Assembly (NCBI GenBank): GCA_002450755.1
Contig: DKAI01000073.1
Coordinates: forward strand, 1-46,334
Length of the DNA stretch: 46,334 nucleotides
Source of the DNA: Deltaproteobacteria bacterium UBA6930
Lineage (GTDB): Bacteria > Myxococcota_A > UBA9160 > UBA6930
Direction of reading: 5' to 3'
Made by a program: the position numbers and the translations under genes. The notes under the pieces are model-generated. The model was not told the origin of the DNA, did not search any database, and worked only from the letters and a program-made list of their open reading frames with translations. Shown one piece after another: positions 27,034 to 36,693 of the stretch; position 1 is the first letter of the stretch, and each line of letters starts with the position of its first letter.

Positions 27034-27972
27034 TTAAACGAACAAAGAGCTTACACTCTCTTCATTATTGATCCGGCGCAATGACTCGCCTAGAAGCGAA
27101 GCAATAGATACCACTCCAATTTTGTTACAGCCCATGGCCTCTTCAACCAAAGGAATCGTATCAGTTACTATCAGTTGCTCGAAGAGGCTATCCTTAATCC
27201 TGCGTACAGCCGGACCAGATAGAACTGGGTGCGTTATAACTCCGTGAATAGCTCGCGCCCCCGCCTCGGACAAGGCCTTGGCACCTTCTACGAGAGTACC
27301 CGCCGTATCCGTCATGTCATCAACCATCACACACTCTCTGCCCCTCACATCGCCAATAATATTCATAACCTGGGCCACGTTCGCCTGCTCACGCCGCTTA
27401 TCGATAATCGCCATTGGTGCCCCGAGACGTTTGGCAAAGGCCCTAGCACGCTCCACGCCCCCCGCGTCAGGCGAAATAACGGTGACATCATTACCTACTC
27501 TGTCCGTAATTGCCTGGAGGAGCACCGGCATAGCATATAGATTGTCGACCGGAATATTAAAGAATCCCTGAATCTGCCCCGCATGTAAGTCTACACAGAG
27601 CAATCGATCGGTACCGGAAGCAGAAATCAGGTCAGCCACTAGCTTCGCCGTTATCGGGGCACGCGGCTGAACTTTGCGGTCTTGACGAGCATAGCCGTAG
27701 TAAGGAATAACCGCAGTTATTCTGCGAGCTGAAGATCTGCGCAGAGCGTCCACCATAATCAGAAGCTCCATCAGGTGTGTGTTTGCAGGAGCAGAGGTCG
27801 ACTGCAAGACGAAACAATCCATACCTCGAACATTTTCCTGAATTTCCACACAACACTCACCATCACTAAAAGTCCCGACTTCTGCCTTTCCCATCTCGAT
27901 ACCCAGATAGGCAGAGACACTTTCCGCCAAAGCAAAATTTGAATTCCCTGAAAACAGTTTCATCTGCTGCAT
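27034..27972 (-). CDS. prs: Ribose-phosphate pyrophosphokinase
   Basis: The sequence shows [21 protein letters not shown]..., [28 protein letters not shown] and the PRPP loop [13 protein letters not shown]. The start is the ATG at 27972 or 27963. The track start at 28041 abuts the tRNA. Confidence 0.93.
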   Translation of the reverse strand: MQQMKLFSGNSNFALAESVSAYLGIEMGKAEVGTFSDGECCVEIQENVRGMDCFVLQSTSAPANTHLMELLIMVDALRRSSARRITAVIPYYGYARQDRKVQPRAPITAKLVADLISASGTDRLLCVDLHAGQIQGFFNIPVDNLYAMPVLLQAITDRVGNDVTVISPDAGGVERARAFAKRLGAPMAIIDKRREQANVAQVMNIIGDVRGRECVMVDDMTDTAGTLVEGAKALSEAGARAIHGVITHPVLSGPAVRRIKDSLFEQLIVTDTIPLVEEAMGCNKIGVVSIASLLGESLRRINNEESVSSLFV

Positions 27973-28044
27973 CGCACTTCTCTCAAAATCCGTCCTGTTA
28001 TGGTCAGGACCGTTAGCTCCACCCAGATACAGATGGCACAAATT

Positions 28045-28119
<75 letters not shown>

Positions 28120-28175
28120 GCAAGATCCTAAAACCGGTTCTATCTCCTTGGCACGCGTACAGGAATCGGCCACCC

Positions 28176-29105
28176 CTACGAAGTCGACAGAAAACGGGTG
28201 CACCAATAACGCTCTCCTCGGTCCAGAAGCGGTTCGAGTCGCTTCGCGAACTGGCGTGACTCCTTTGCCTTTGAAAATAGCGCGTAAAGGCTGGGGCCAC
28301 TTCCTGACAGTCCAATGATTTCGGCGCCGGCTTTGACCATCTTCTGCCTCAGTCGAGAGATTTGCGGACACAACTCAAGTGCAGCAGGCTCTAAGTCATT
28401 GCCCAAAACCTCAACCAGGCGGCTCCAAAGGGCCTCAGATAAATCACCAGAGCTAAAGTCCTGCAAAGCCTCGACGGCTGACAGCCTAGAGTTCTTGATT
28501 TCGGGCGTCAACGCGAAGTCTCTCCTAGAAAGCGCCGCTTGAGTTTTAAAAACTCTCTCGGTCAACAAAGGTAGGCCTGGATTGACAACCACTACAAACA
28601 GATTAGGCAGATCTCGTCTTACAGGCTCAATAACCTCACCAACCCCCGACACCCACGCGGGGGTGAGCGGAGATCTTAAAAAAAAGGGGATGTCGCTGCC
28701 CAAATCCTGAGCGATGCCTAGAAGAGATGTCTTGGAAATCCCGGGCACAAGTTCCTGGAGAGCAAGGAGCACAGCTGCCGCGTCGCTGGACCCTCCTCCT
28801 AAGCCGGCGGCGGTAGGAATTAATTTATGGAGACCTATCAAGAGACTCCGGCGCGTACCAACGAGGCCCATATAAGCTTCTGCGGCACGCACTGCTAAAT
28901 TCTCCCGACCTTTAGGCGCGTCAGATACACCGTTGTTCTCCAAGCTGATCAAATCTCCCCACCCTAAATCGATAGAAACCCGGTCGGCCAGCTCAATCGG
29001 AACGAACAAGCTACTTATAAGATGATAACCATCGGCACGTCTACCGAGGATACGGAGCCCAAGGTTTAGTTTCGCATGAGCAAGTTGGAAGGATCTAGGC
29101 AGCAC
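28176..29105 (-). CDS. ispE: 4-diphosphocytidyl-2-C-methyl-D-erythritol kinase
   Basis: The sequence shows AHAKLNLGLRILGRRADGYHLI... and the GHMP kinase motif PTAAGLGGGSSDAAA. I prefer the GTG at 29105 (GGGAG 4 nt upstream, 13 nt after the DUF1844 stop) over the track's TTG at 29135. Confidence 0.88.
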   Translation of the reverse strand: MLPRSFQLAHAKLNLGLRILGRRADGYHLISSLFVPIELADRVSIDLGWGDLISLENNGVSDAPKGRENLAVRAAEAYMGLVGTRRSLLIGLHKLIPTAAGLGGGSSDAAAVLLALQELVPGISKTSLLGIAQDLGSDIPFFLRSPLTPAWVSGVGEVIEPVRRDLPNLFVVVVNPGLPLLTERVFKTQAALSRRDFALTPEIKNSRLSAVEALQDFSSGDLSEALWSRLVEVLGNDLEPAALELCPQISRLRQKMVKAGAEIIGLSGSGPSLYALFSKAKESRQFAKRLEPLLDRGERYWCTRFLSTS

Positions 29106-29118
29106 TGAACTCCCAGGG

Positions 29119-29472
29119 TCACTTCCCGGCGTCAATGAATCTCATTCGAAGTTCAGTAAGAAGGTTCTGCAACAATTGCGTTTCTTGCTCATCAAGATTG
29201 CCTTTAGTCTTTTCTTGAAGAAGCTCAAGCGTATCGATCGTTTGCTTGGCAATCGGCCTGTTCACCTCCGCTGCCTCACCAGTCTCAGGGTCTTTGACAA
29301 ATCCCAGGTGATACAATGCCGATGTACCTAATGACAGCAAAAACGTATTGAAGTCTGCCTTGGGCAACTCTTGACTATCGATAGGCGGACTTGGCTCTTC
29401 GGACTCCTCTTCAGCCCTCCCCCTCTTATCAACGATCGTAAAGCCTTTTCCTTCGTTCTTTTCATCAGTCAT
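29119..29472 (-). CDS. DUF1844-family small acidic protein; function unknown
   Basis: I recognise FNTFLLSLGTSALYHLG...IAKQTIDTLELLQEKTKGNLDEQE...LLTELRMRF as the DUF1844 pattern. The ATG at 29472 overlaps the upstream gene's TGA stop (ATGACTGA). Confidence 0.6.
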   Translation of the reverse strand: MTDEKNEGKGFTIVDKRGRAEEESEEPSPPIDSQELPKADFNTFLLSLGTSALYHLGFVKDPETGEAAEVNRPIAKQTIDTLELLQEKTKGNLDEQETQLLQNLLTELRMRFIDAGK

Positions 29473-30109
29473 TCGTGTCTTCCTCAATCTTTACCAATTG
29501 ATCGGCTTGCTCCTGAAGCTGGACAGAATCAAGCTGCTCCATTTTCTCATAAGCTAGGGTCATCCGTTGAAAAACGGTAAACCAGGACCCCAGGGCCAGC
29601 AAAATTAACGCTAAGGGCATTATGCTAAAAAGTCCTCCAAGCACTAAAAGCCCAATCCTCTCCCCTCGCTCAAGGAAGCCCACCCCCAGGCCAGCAACAT
29701 CGACCTCACCTCTCGCCTTAACGTAAGAAACTAATACGGACCCTACTAGCGCGACGTACGACACGAAGACCCAGAAGTGACGGTCGGTTGCTCCATAGTG
29801 AAAGCACAGACCAAGAAGGAGCGAAACGTCTACAATCCGGTCCCCTACAGAGTCCAACAAACCACCAAAGGTTGACTCTCGGCCTTGACGACGCGCGATG
29901 ACGCCATCGAATAAGTCACAGACTCCCCCACCGATTGCCAGCAAGGCTCCCGCGACAAGATATCCCTGAGCGAACGCTATCGCTCCGCCTAGGGAAACGA
30001 ATACTCCCAGCGAGGTTATAAAGTGAGGATTTAAATCTAATGGGTCTAGAAAATCGGCTAAAAGCCCCAATCTCTTCTCGGCTGCTTCTGTCCAGTTAGC
30101 CTTTATCAT
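29465..30109 (-). CDS. CDP-alcohol phosphatidyltransferase family protein, resembling phosphatidylinositol-phosphate synthase
   Basis: 214 aa with about 6 transmembrane segments. The full family motif is D-x2-DG-x2-AR-x8-G-x3-D-x3-D, seen here as CDLFDGVIARRQGRESTFGGLLDSVGDRIVD. The downstream segment VSYVKARGE...GFLERGERIGLLV parallels mycobacterial PgsA1 (ISYIKARAE...GFIERPERLIIV). The subfamily call rests on memory only. Confidence 0.75.
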   Translation of the reverse strand: MIKANWTEAAEKRLGLLADFLDPLDLNPHFITSLGVFVSLGGAIAFAQGYLVAGALLAIGGGVCDLFDGVIARRQGRESTFGGLLDSVGDRIVDVSLLLGLCFHYGATDRHFWVFVSYVALVGSVLVSYVKARGEVDVAGLGVGFLERGERIGLLVLGGLFSIMPLALILLALGSWFTVFQRMTLAYEKMEQLDSVQLQEQADQLVKIEEDTND

Positions 30110-30152
30110 ATTGAAACGTACGCCGGATTATCCAAGTCTTGGGGAATCAAAC

Positions 30153-30419
30153 TCAACGAAAATCATTGGAAGGGTCGTGAGGAACCATGTCTAGACTTGC
30201 TAGCGAATCGGCATTGTCCAGCGTCTCTGATTCATCCTCCTCTGAGATCAACTCCCCCTTGTGACTGACATCCGGTAGTTTCTCAATAAAATCTTCCAGG
30301 GACGCTCTATCCAGCCAGCCCCTTCGATTGGCCAGGCGTCTGTCGAAACGAATATTATCCGTACCCGCCAGCGAGCCACTCGATTCCTTCAATACCGGCT
30401 TATTTTCCTCTAACGTCAT
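30153..30419 (-). CDS. Hypothetical small acidic protein (88 aa)
   Basis: ATG-initiated ORF, first gene of the minus-strand string, 43 nt upstream of the phosphatidyltransferase gene. No family recognised and no transmembrane segment. Coding status rests on position and length only. Confidence 0.45.
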   Translation of the reverse strand: MTLEENKPVLKESSGSLAGTDNIRFDRRLANRRGWLDRASLEDFIEKLPDVSHKGELISEEDESETLDNADSLASLDMVPHDPSNDFR

Positions 30420-30497
30420 ATAAATACCCTCGGGGAGTTTGGACGGCTAGTACGTAGCAAACTAGTCCGTTCGTTTCATCCCGAATACAATAGCAAA

Positions 30498-31385
30498 TTG
30501 ACACCGTCTCAGAGAATCCGTTACGGTCAACGGTCTAAAGGAATTCACGTGAAAGACACAAAAAACCAGGTATTTCCGTCTTGCATGGTAACCATCTTTC
30601 TTCGCGGGGTGGCAGCATTCCTACTCGCCGGTTTCTCGGTCACCTCTACTAGCTGTCTTAGCCCACCAGTCGCAGAGGTTTTTGACGAAGAAATGCTTCC
30701 GGCGGACGAACTATTTACCGAAGCGAACTTAATCCTTGAGATGGGACGTAAAAGTTGGTTTTTTAGAGAAACCGACTATCTCGATGCGATTGATGTTTTT
30801 CAGGAAATAATCGATAACTACCCCTTCAGTGACTTCGCGATTAAGGCGGAGCTTGCGATAGCACAAGCCTATTTCGAGAGAAAGCATTACGAGGAAGCCC
30901 TATCTTATTATCGAGACTTCTTAGATCTACACCCCGACGATCCCAAAGTGCCATTCACGGTATGGATGTCCGCACTGTGTCTTTACAACCAAACTCACGA
31001 GTCGACTAAAGACCAGGACGCAACACACCAGGCTATTGCCCAGCTCGAAGAAATGATGCGGAGATTCCCCGACGCACCCGAGGCCGAAGAAGCGGAGCGA
31101 TTATGGAAGGAACTCCGTGGCAGACTAGCATTGTCGGAAATGCAAATAGGTAACTTTTATATGGAGCGAGAAGAATATCAGAGTGCAGCGGTGCGATATA
31201 GAGGAATCTTGGACAGTTTCCCTGGCCTTGGTTTCGACGCAGACGCCCTATTTAAACTCGGAACTTGCTATCAAAAAATGAACCTGGATGCCCAGGCTGA
31301 AGAAACTTTCCAAATAATCTTGAAACATTTTGAAGGAACGGAGCTTGCAGAGGCGGCCCAGGATGCGATTCCTGCTGCGAATTAG
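30498..31385 (+). CDS. bamD: Outer membrane protein assembly factor BamD-like TPR lipoprotein
   Basis: The TPR-like repeats AIDVFQEIIDNYPFSDFAIKAELAIAQAYFERKHYEEALSYYRDFLDLHPDDPKV...AIAQLEEMMRRFPDAPEAEEAE... are typical of BamD/YfiO. A hydrophobic leader ends in ...TSTSC, a possible lipobox Cys. The start is uncertain: TTG 30498, GTG 30549 (AAGGA upstream) or ATG 30585. Confidence 0.7.
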   Translation: MTPSQRIRYGQRSKGIHVKDTKNQVFPSCMVTIFLRGVAAFLLAGFSVTSTSCLSPPVAEVFDEEMLPADELFTEANLILEMGRKSWFFRETDYLDAIDVFQEIIDNYPFSDFAIKAELAIAQAYFERKHYEEALSYYRDFLDLHPDDPKVPFTVWMSALCLYNQTHESTKDQDATHQAIAQLEEMMRRFPDAPEAEEAERLWKELRGRLALSEMQIGNFYMEREEYQSAAVRYRGILDSFPGLGFDADALFKLGTCYQKMNLDAQAEETFQIILKHFEGTELAEAAQDAIPAAN

Positions 31386-31498
31386 GCACCATGAAAAGAT
31401 AAACAAAAAAGCCCCGATTTATTTTGGAAGGAGCAAAGACGACTTCATATTCTGTTTTATTAGCTCGTTGACTACCTTTACGAAAGGAATGTCTTCCT

Positions 31499-31963
31499 GT
31501 GGAAAGAATTGATATTGCTGCTCTTGTTCTTCTTCTTGTCGCCACTGGTCGCGGGGGGTGGCTCGGCGCTATTCGACAGATCTTCTCGATAAGCGCCTTA
31601 GTTTTCGCTGTTGCCGCGGCAAAGTTTTTTGGTCCGATCCTTGGAAAAGAAGCCGCTCAGTTGTGGACCGATGGTCCAGGCGAAACGTTCTTAATTGTCG
31701 TTTTGGGCTGTACGACGGGGTTGCTCGTAGCCGTCTCTGTTGGTTGGTTAGGCCGAATCATTAAAGGCTGGTTGCGCGCGGCTGGCCTTGGACCAGCAGA
31801 CCGTACTGTGGGCTCTCTTCTCGGTTTGGCAGAAGGCTTCTTAATAGCTGGCCTTCTTATGTGGTTGGCAGTAGCCGTAGTTGGAAAAGAACACGAGTTG
31901 CTTCAAAACACAGAAATACTCAGAGCGTACGAAGTCGTTAAGTTGTGGATCGAAGGGAATTAA
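31499..31963 (+). CDS. cvpA: CvpA-family integral membrane protein
   Basis: 154 aa with a GTG start and four hydrophobic segments. The N-terminus IDIAALVLLLVATGRGGWLGAIRQIFSISALV is typical of CvpA (colicin V production) proteins. Confidence 0.65.
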   Translation: MERIDIAALVLLLVATGRGGWLGAIRQIFSISALVFAVAAAKFFGPILGKEAAQLWTDGPGETFLIVVLGCTTGLLVAVSVGWLGRIIKGWLRAAGLGPADRTVGSLLGLAEGFLIAGLLMWLAVAVVGKEHELLQNTEILRAYEVVKLWIEGN

Positions 31964-31972
31964 ATCCATCGC

Positions 31973-34000
31973 TTACCCGTCTTGTGAGGCATCGATCCAT
32001 CGACCTCTTTCTTTAATTAAATCAACCAGACGATCAGGTGCCTCTAGCTCCGGAATATTGCGAATGACACAATTCTGACCAACGTAAAGATTCACCTTTC
32101 CAAAACCCGAGCCTACGTATCCAAAGTCCGCGTCGGCCATCTCTCCTGGCCCGTTCACTACACAACCCATAATCGCGATCTTGAGACCTGAAAGATGAGA
32201 AGTCTTCTCCCTGACACGCTCAGTAACTTCCTCTAAATCAAAAAGTGTTCTTCCGCAAGAAGGGCAGGAAATAAACTCGGTCCAAGACGTTCTTCTCCTC
32301 GCACCCTGAAGGACTCTATAGGCTACCCCAATATTCTCTTCGGGAGTTGAGAACCCTCCGACTGAAATACAATCACCAATACCATCGCAGAGGAGCGAGC
32401 CCAAATTGCTTGAAGTGGAAATCAGTCGAGATTCAAAAGACTCGGGGGTCTCAGAATCCTGTCTTAAAATGATTGGTAAAAAGAGCCCAAGAGACTTAAG
32501 GCAGCTCGACAACATACGAGTTGCCTGCACTGGAAAGTCCGAAGAAATCGAGATCATAATTTGGGCATGATACTTCTCATTTAAACTCTTCAGAAAGCCT
32601 AAGTCGAACAATTCTCCTTCTCGGTGTATGAGTTCAATCTCCAAGCACTTGCCATCGATTAGGAAATTTTTTATTTGGTCAATTAGATTAAAATCGTCTG
32701 CAGAAAAAACTTGAATGACTACCCGATCGGAAACCTCAAGAACTGTTTTGACAAGACCTGATTCTACTCGCGCGGCAAGGGCAATACCCGAAAACTCGCG
32801 AGCCAAACTTTTTCTTAGGTCACAAAGGGCGGGAACACCCTCTCGATCCACATCAACCAATAAGCTTTCAACGTGAAGCTCCGTAGCCGCCTCAGCATTT
32901 TGAATATCTTCGAGAAATGTGGACGGAAGATTACTGATATGTCCCACGCACAATTCTACTCTGACGTCCTCACTACCTCCTAACTTTAAAGGTTTCGTAT
33001 GTACGAGTGTAGGTCTCCGTTTATAGCGATGCCTATCATCAACATAAGAAACAGACGTTAATGAATGTTTAAACCCACCGGCCGCGCGTCCCTCGAAGCG
33101 TCTAGCCAAAGTCTGTGCAACTGGTATCTCTCTGACTGGGTCTTCTGTAAGTGAGACACGGATTGTCTCTCCCAAGCTGTCCTCGAGGAGTGCCCCGATT
33201 CCGATCGAACTTTTAACTCTACCTTCCGTACCACCACCAGCCTCCGTCACTCCTACGTGAAAAGGATAGCGTGGTTTCTCCGGCTCTCTTTCGCTGAGAT
33301 GCTTGGCTAATAACCGATAGGCATGCACTGCGACTTGTGGATTACTGGCCTTCATACTGAATATTACAGAGTAAAAACTCTCCGACTCACAGACATCTAA
33401 AAATTCTAGTGCACTCTTCACCATTCCAAGAGGAGTATCTCCAAAACGATTTAGAATGCGATCAGAAAGAGAACCATGATTAGTCCCGATACGAAGAGCA
33501 CGTCCCAGAGCCTTCAACCGAATAACCAGCGGACGAAAACGCTCGGCTGCTCGTTCGAGTTCCTCGAGGTAAGCAGTTTCAGTATATTCGCGCACTTCAA
33601 ATCGTTTTTTATCTGCATAATTACCCGGATTTACGCGAACTTTCTCTACAGCCTCGGCGGCCTTTAATGCCGCATTAGGCGTAAAGTGAATATCAGCTAC
33701 TAGAGGGACATTTACCCGACGTTTTTTTAATTCACGGCGTATTTCAAACAACGCCTCGGCGTCCCGTAGGGAAGGAGCCGTCACACGAACTATCTCGCAA
33801 CCCGCCTCGACTAGCCGCTCAACCTGGTTTGTGGTTCCTTGGATATCTTGCGTGACCGTCGTCGTCATCGACTGAATTCTTATCGGATTGAGTCCGCCTA
33901 CTACGCAATCACCAACTGAAACTTCGCGGGTGATTTCCCTCTGATAAAAAAATTCACTGTTTATTAAACCTTTATTATTTAAACTTAAGTCCCTGTTCAT
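31973..34000 (-). CDS. ispG: 4-hydroxy-3-methylbut-2-enyl diphosphate synthase, long three-domain form
   Basis: 675 aa. The N-terminal TIM barrel shows IRIQSMTTT...VRVTAPS...PLVADIHF...RVNPGN. An insert of about 270 aa follows. The C-terminal 4Fe-4S domain shows SCPSCGRT...MGCVVNGPGE. The start ATG overlaps the alaS stop by 4 nt. Confidence 0.9.
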   Translation of the reverse strand: MNRDLSLNNKGLINSEFFYQREITREVSVGDCVVGGLNPIRIQSMTTTVTQDIQGTTNQVERLVEAGCEIVRVTAPSLRDAEALFEIRRELKKRRVNVPLVADIHFTPNAALKAAEAVEKVRVNPGNYADKKRFEVREYTETAYLEELERAAERFRPLVIRLKALGRALRIGTNHGSLSDRILNRFGDTPLGMVKSALEFLDVCESESFYSVIFSMKASNPQVAVHAYRLLAKHLSEREPEKPRYPFHVGVTEAGGGTEGRVKSSIGIGALLEDSLGETIRVSLTEDPVREIPVAQTLARRFEGRAAGGFKHSLTSVSYVDDRHRYKRRPTLVHTKPLKLGGSEDVRVELCVGHISNLPSTFLEDIQNAEAATELHVESLLVDVDREGVPALCDLRKSLAREFSGIALAARVESGLVKTVLEVSDRVVIQVFSADDFNLIDQIKNFLIDGKCLEIELIHREGELFDLGFLKSLNEKYHAQIMISISSDFPVQATRMLSSCLKSLGLFLPIILRQDSETPESFESRLISTSSNLGSLLCDGIGDCISVGGFSTPEENIGVAYRVLQGARRRTSWTEFISCPSCGRTLFDLEEVTERVREKTSHLSGLKIAIMGCVVNGPGEMADADFGYVGSGFGKVNLYVGQNCVIRNIPELEAPDRLVDLIKERGRWIDASQDG

Positions 34001-36636
34001 GAGTTCAAAATTAAGTTGCGAAGTTTACTAAAAGCGTCAGGAAGTTTTAATACATTGGGAGCACCTGCTTGAGCGAAATCCGCTCGACCACCACCTTTCC
34101 CTCCAAGAACCTGTGCTACTTCTCGAATTAACACACCAGCACTCAAATGCTCGGTTAATTCTGCAGTCACCCCCAACGCAAGATTAACGCCCTCATCATT
34201 TTGAGAGACAAGCAACACAACTCCTCTTTTCAGTCGATTTCGAAAATCATCCACCATTTCTCTCAAGTCATTTTTTCCGCTCACTTCAACGGTCGCCATG
34301 AGTAGTGCAACATCATTGACGGTCTCCACCTCAGACATCAGATCGTCGCTACTTAGTTTGTTAAGCTCACGATGAAGCTCAGAAATATTGCGTTCCATCT
34401 CTCGGTGTTCGTCCAGAATCCTAGTAACGCGGCGCGAAATATCCTTCTGCGCAACCTTAAGAAGAGACCCAAGTTCACGGAGCTCATGCTCCTGCGAACG
34501 CATGTGATTAAATGCACCTGCACCTGTCAGTGCTTCTATTCGACGTATGCCAGAAGCAATGCCAGCCTCTGAAATAATCTTAAATAAGCCAATATTGCCC
34601 GTCGCTTCCACGTGCGTACCTCCACAAAGCTCCGTTGAGGCCTCCCCGAAACTAACTACGCGCACCTCGTCTCCGTATTTTTCCTCAAATAGCGCGATAG
34701 CACCTGCCTCGACTGCCTCTCGATGCGACATATTTCGAATAATCGTTTCATGATTTTCTTCGATCCAAAAGTTGACCCGATCCTCAATCGTTTCTATTTG
34801 TCCAGTTGTAAGGGGCCCATCGCTTGTAAAGTCAAACCGAAGACGCTCAGGGGAAACCAAAGACCCCTTCTGCATAACTTGGGAACCAAGATTTTCCCTC
34901 AAGGCTGAATGCAAAAGATGGGTGCCCGAATGATTTCTAGTGGTCGCCTTCCGAGACTCACGATCAACAGACAGAGTAACTTCATCCCCTGTTCGGAGTT
35001 CTCCTCTACCCACTCGACATCGATGAGCTATTAGCCCTTCTGCGGGTTTATAAGTATCTAAAATTTCGAAACTTGAGGACAACGATTCCCCAATGCCTCG
35101 ATCACCTACCTGGCCTCCGCTTTCAGCGTAGAAAGGCGTTGAACGAACAACCAGCTCTATCTCCTCACCGATCGGAGCGACGTCAACTAGATTTCCGCGA
35201 CTAATTAGAACTAGTGTTTCAGCAGAATCCTGAAGATTCTCATATCCTGAAAAGCTGCAATTGAGATCAGATGCAATTCGGCTGTAAATTTCGCTAATCT
35301 CGGAATCGCCGCTTCCTCTCCATGACGCTCGCGAGCGGGCACGCTGGCTTTCCATCTCTCGTGCAAAACCAGGTTCGTCAATTATGAGATCATGAGCGCT
35401 CAGAATATCTTCGGTCAAATCACTCGGGAAACCATAGGTGTCATATAATTTAAATACCGTTTCGCCAGATAGCTTTAGAGCTCCATGGGACTTTGCACGG
35501 GCAATCTCCTGTTCTAAAAGTGAAAGTCCTTTCGCAAGCGTCTCAAGAAACCGTTCTTCCTCTCGCTGGACACGTGCGCTTATATAGTCCCCTCTCTCTC
35601 GAAGCTCTGGATACGCGGAACCCATCTCCTCAACAACTGCAGAGGTCACTTCGTAAAGAAAAGGCTCCTCTTTCCCCAACAACACACCGTGACGGGCTGC
35701 GCGCCGTAAAATTCTTCTTAAGACATAGCCCCTACCCTCATTACTCGGTAAAACGCCATCGCCAACTAAGAATGAGACTGCGCGAGCATGATCAGCAATT
35801 ACGCGGAGAGAAATATCGCTCTCATCTGCAAGACCCAACTCCACTCCAGTGCACTGTGAGGCTTTTTGCAAAATACCCGAAAAAAGATCTGTATCATAGT
35901 TTGAGGGAACTCCTTGGAGAACCGCCGCCAGTCTTTCGAGGCCAGCACCGGTATCAACACATGGTTTCGGAAGAGGAACCAAACCTCCATCGGAAGACCG
36001 ATTAAACTGCATAAAAACCAAATTCCAAATTTCGAGAAAGCGACCGGTGTCAGATGACGGATCATCTTCGAGTGGCGAAACCTCTGGTGTATTGTCGTAG
36101 TGAATTTCTGAGCAGGGGCCACAAGGGCCGGTATCTCCCATTGACCAGAAGTTTTCATCTTCGTCGAGCCGGTAAATACGATTTGTTGGTATTCCAACGA
36201 GATTTTTCCAAATATCGAACGCTTCATCATCTTCGCGAAAGACACTGACCACTAGGTTAGCTTCGGGAATTTCTAATCGCTCGGTCAAAAATTCCCACGC
36301 GAAAATAATTGCTTCTTCCTTAAAGTAATCGCCGAATGAGAAATTCCCCAACATTTCAAAAAAAGTATGATGCCTCGGTGTCCTTCCAACATTCTCTAAA
36401 TCATTATGTTTTCCAGAGACTCTCATACATTTTTGCGCACTAGTGGCGCGTATATAACCCCTAGATTCTTCCCCAAGAAAGATTCTCTTGAAAGGAACCA
36501 TTCCAGCATTCACGAACATCAGAGTAGGATCAGAATCAGGAAGTAAAGATGTACTCGTAACGCGACGGTGCGCACGCTCCTCGAAGAAAGTTAAAAAACT
36601 TTCCCGAATCTCTCTGGCAGATCTAACAAGAGCCAC
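33997..36636 (-). CDS. alaS: Alanine--tRNA ligase
   Basis: 879 aa. The sequence shows FFEERAH..., SLLPDSDPTLMFVNAGM, QKCMRVSGKHNDLENVG.TPRHHTFFEMLGNFSFGDYFK, the editing domain HSGTHLLH...CGGTHV and a C-terminal DHHA1-like GGKGGGR. Confidence 0.96.
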   Translation of the reverse strand: MALVRSAREIRESFLTFFEERAHRRVTSTSLLPDSDPTLMFVNAGMVPFKRIFLGEESRGYIRATSAQKCMRVSGKHNDLENVGRTPRHHTFFEMLGNFSFGDYFKEEAIIFAWEFLTERLEIPEANLVVSVFREDDEAFDIWKNLVGIPTNRIYRLDEDENFWSMGDTGPCGPCSEIHYDNTPEVSPLEDDPSSDTGRFLEIWNLVFMQFNRSSDGGLVPLPKPCVDTGAGLERLAAVLQGVPSNYDTDLFSGILQKASQCTGVELGLADESDISLRVIADHARAVSFLVGDGVLPSNEGRGYVLRRILRRAARHGVLLGKEEPFLYEVTSAVVEEMGSAYPELRERGDYISARVQREEERFLETLAKGLSLLEQEIARAKSHGALKLSGETVFKLYDTYGFPSDLTEDILSAHDLIIDEPGFAREMESQRARSRASWRGSGDSEISEIYSRIASDLNCSFSGYENLQDSAETLVLISRGNLVDVAPIGEEIELVVRSTPFYAESGGQVGDRGIGESLSSSFEILDTYKPAEGLIAHRCRVGRGELRTGDEVTLSVDRESRKATTRNHSGTHLLHSALRENLGSQVMQKGSLVSPERLRFDFTSDGPLTTGQIETIEDRVNFWIEENHETIIRNMSHREAVEAGAIALFEEKYGDEVRVVSFGEASTELCGGTHVEATGNIGLFKIISEAGIASGIRRIEALTGAGAFNHMRSQEHELRELGSLLKVAQKDISRRVTRILDEHREMERNISELHRELNKLSSDDLMSEVETVNDVALLMATVEVSGKNDLREMVDDFRNRLKRGVVLLVSQNDEGVNLALGVTAELTEHLSAGVLIREVAQVLGGKGGGRADFAQAGAPNVLKLPDAFSKLRNLILNS

Positions 36637-36693
36637 GATCAGATTCTTTTTCGAGTGCAGCTAAAACCGTTCGGCATAAGAACTTTTGTCTCC

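Noticed and set aside
28149-28154. A TGGCAC hexamer (sigma-54 -24 element) between the tRNA-Gln and ispE, in a genome that encodes an NtrC-type activator.
   Set aside because: The required GC of the -12 element is not present at the fixed 10-nt spacing (the sequence continues GCGTACAGGAAT). The site also points antisense into ispE.
35799-36245. A 148-aa same-strand alternative-frame ORF inside alaS.
   Set aside because: It is embedded in the most conserved catalytic part of AlaS, with no independent start context or recognisable product.
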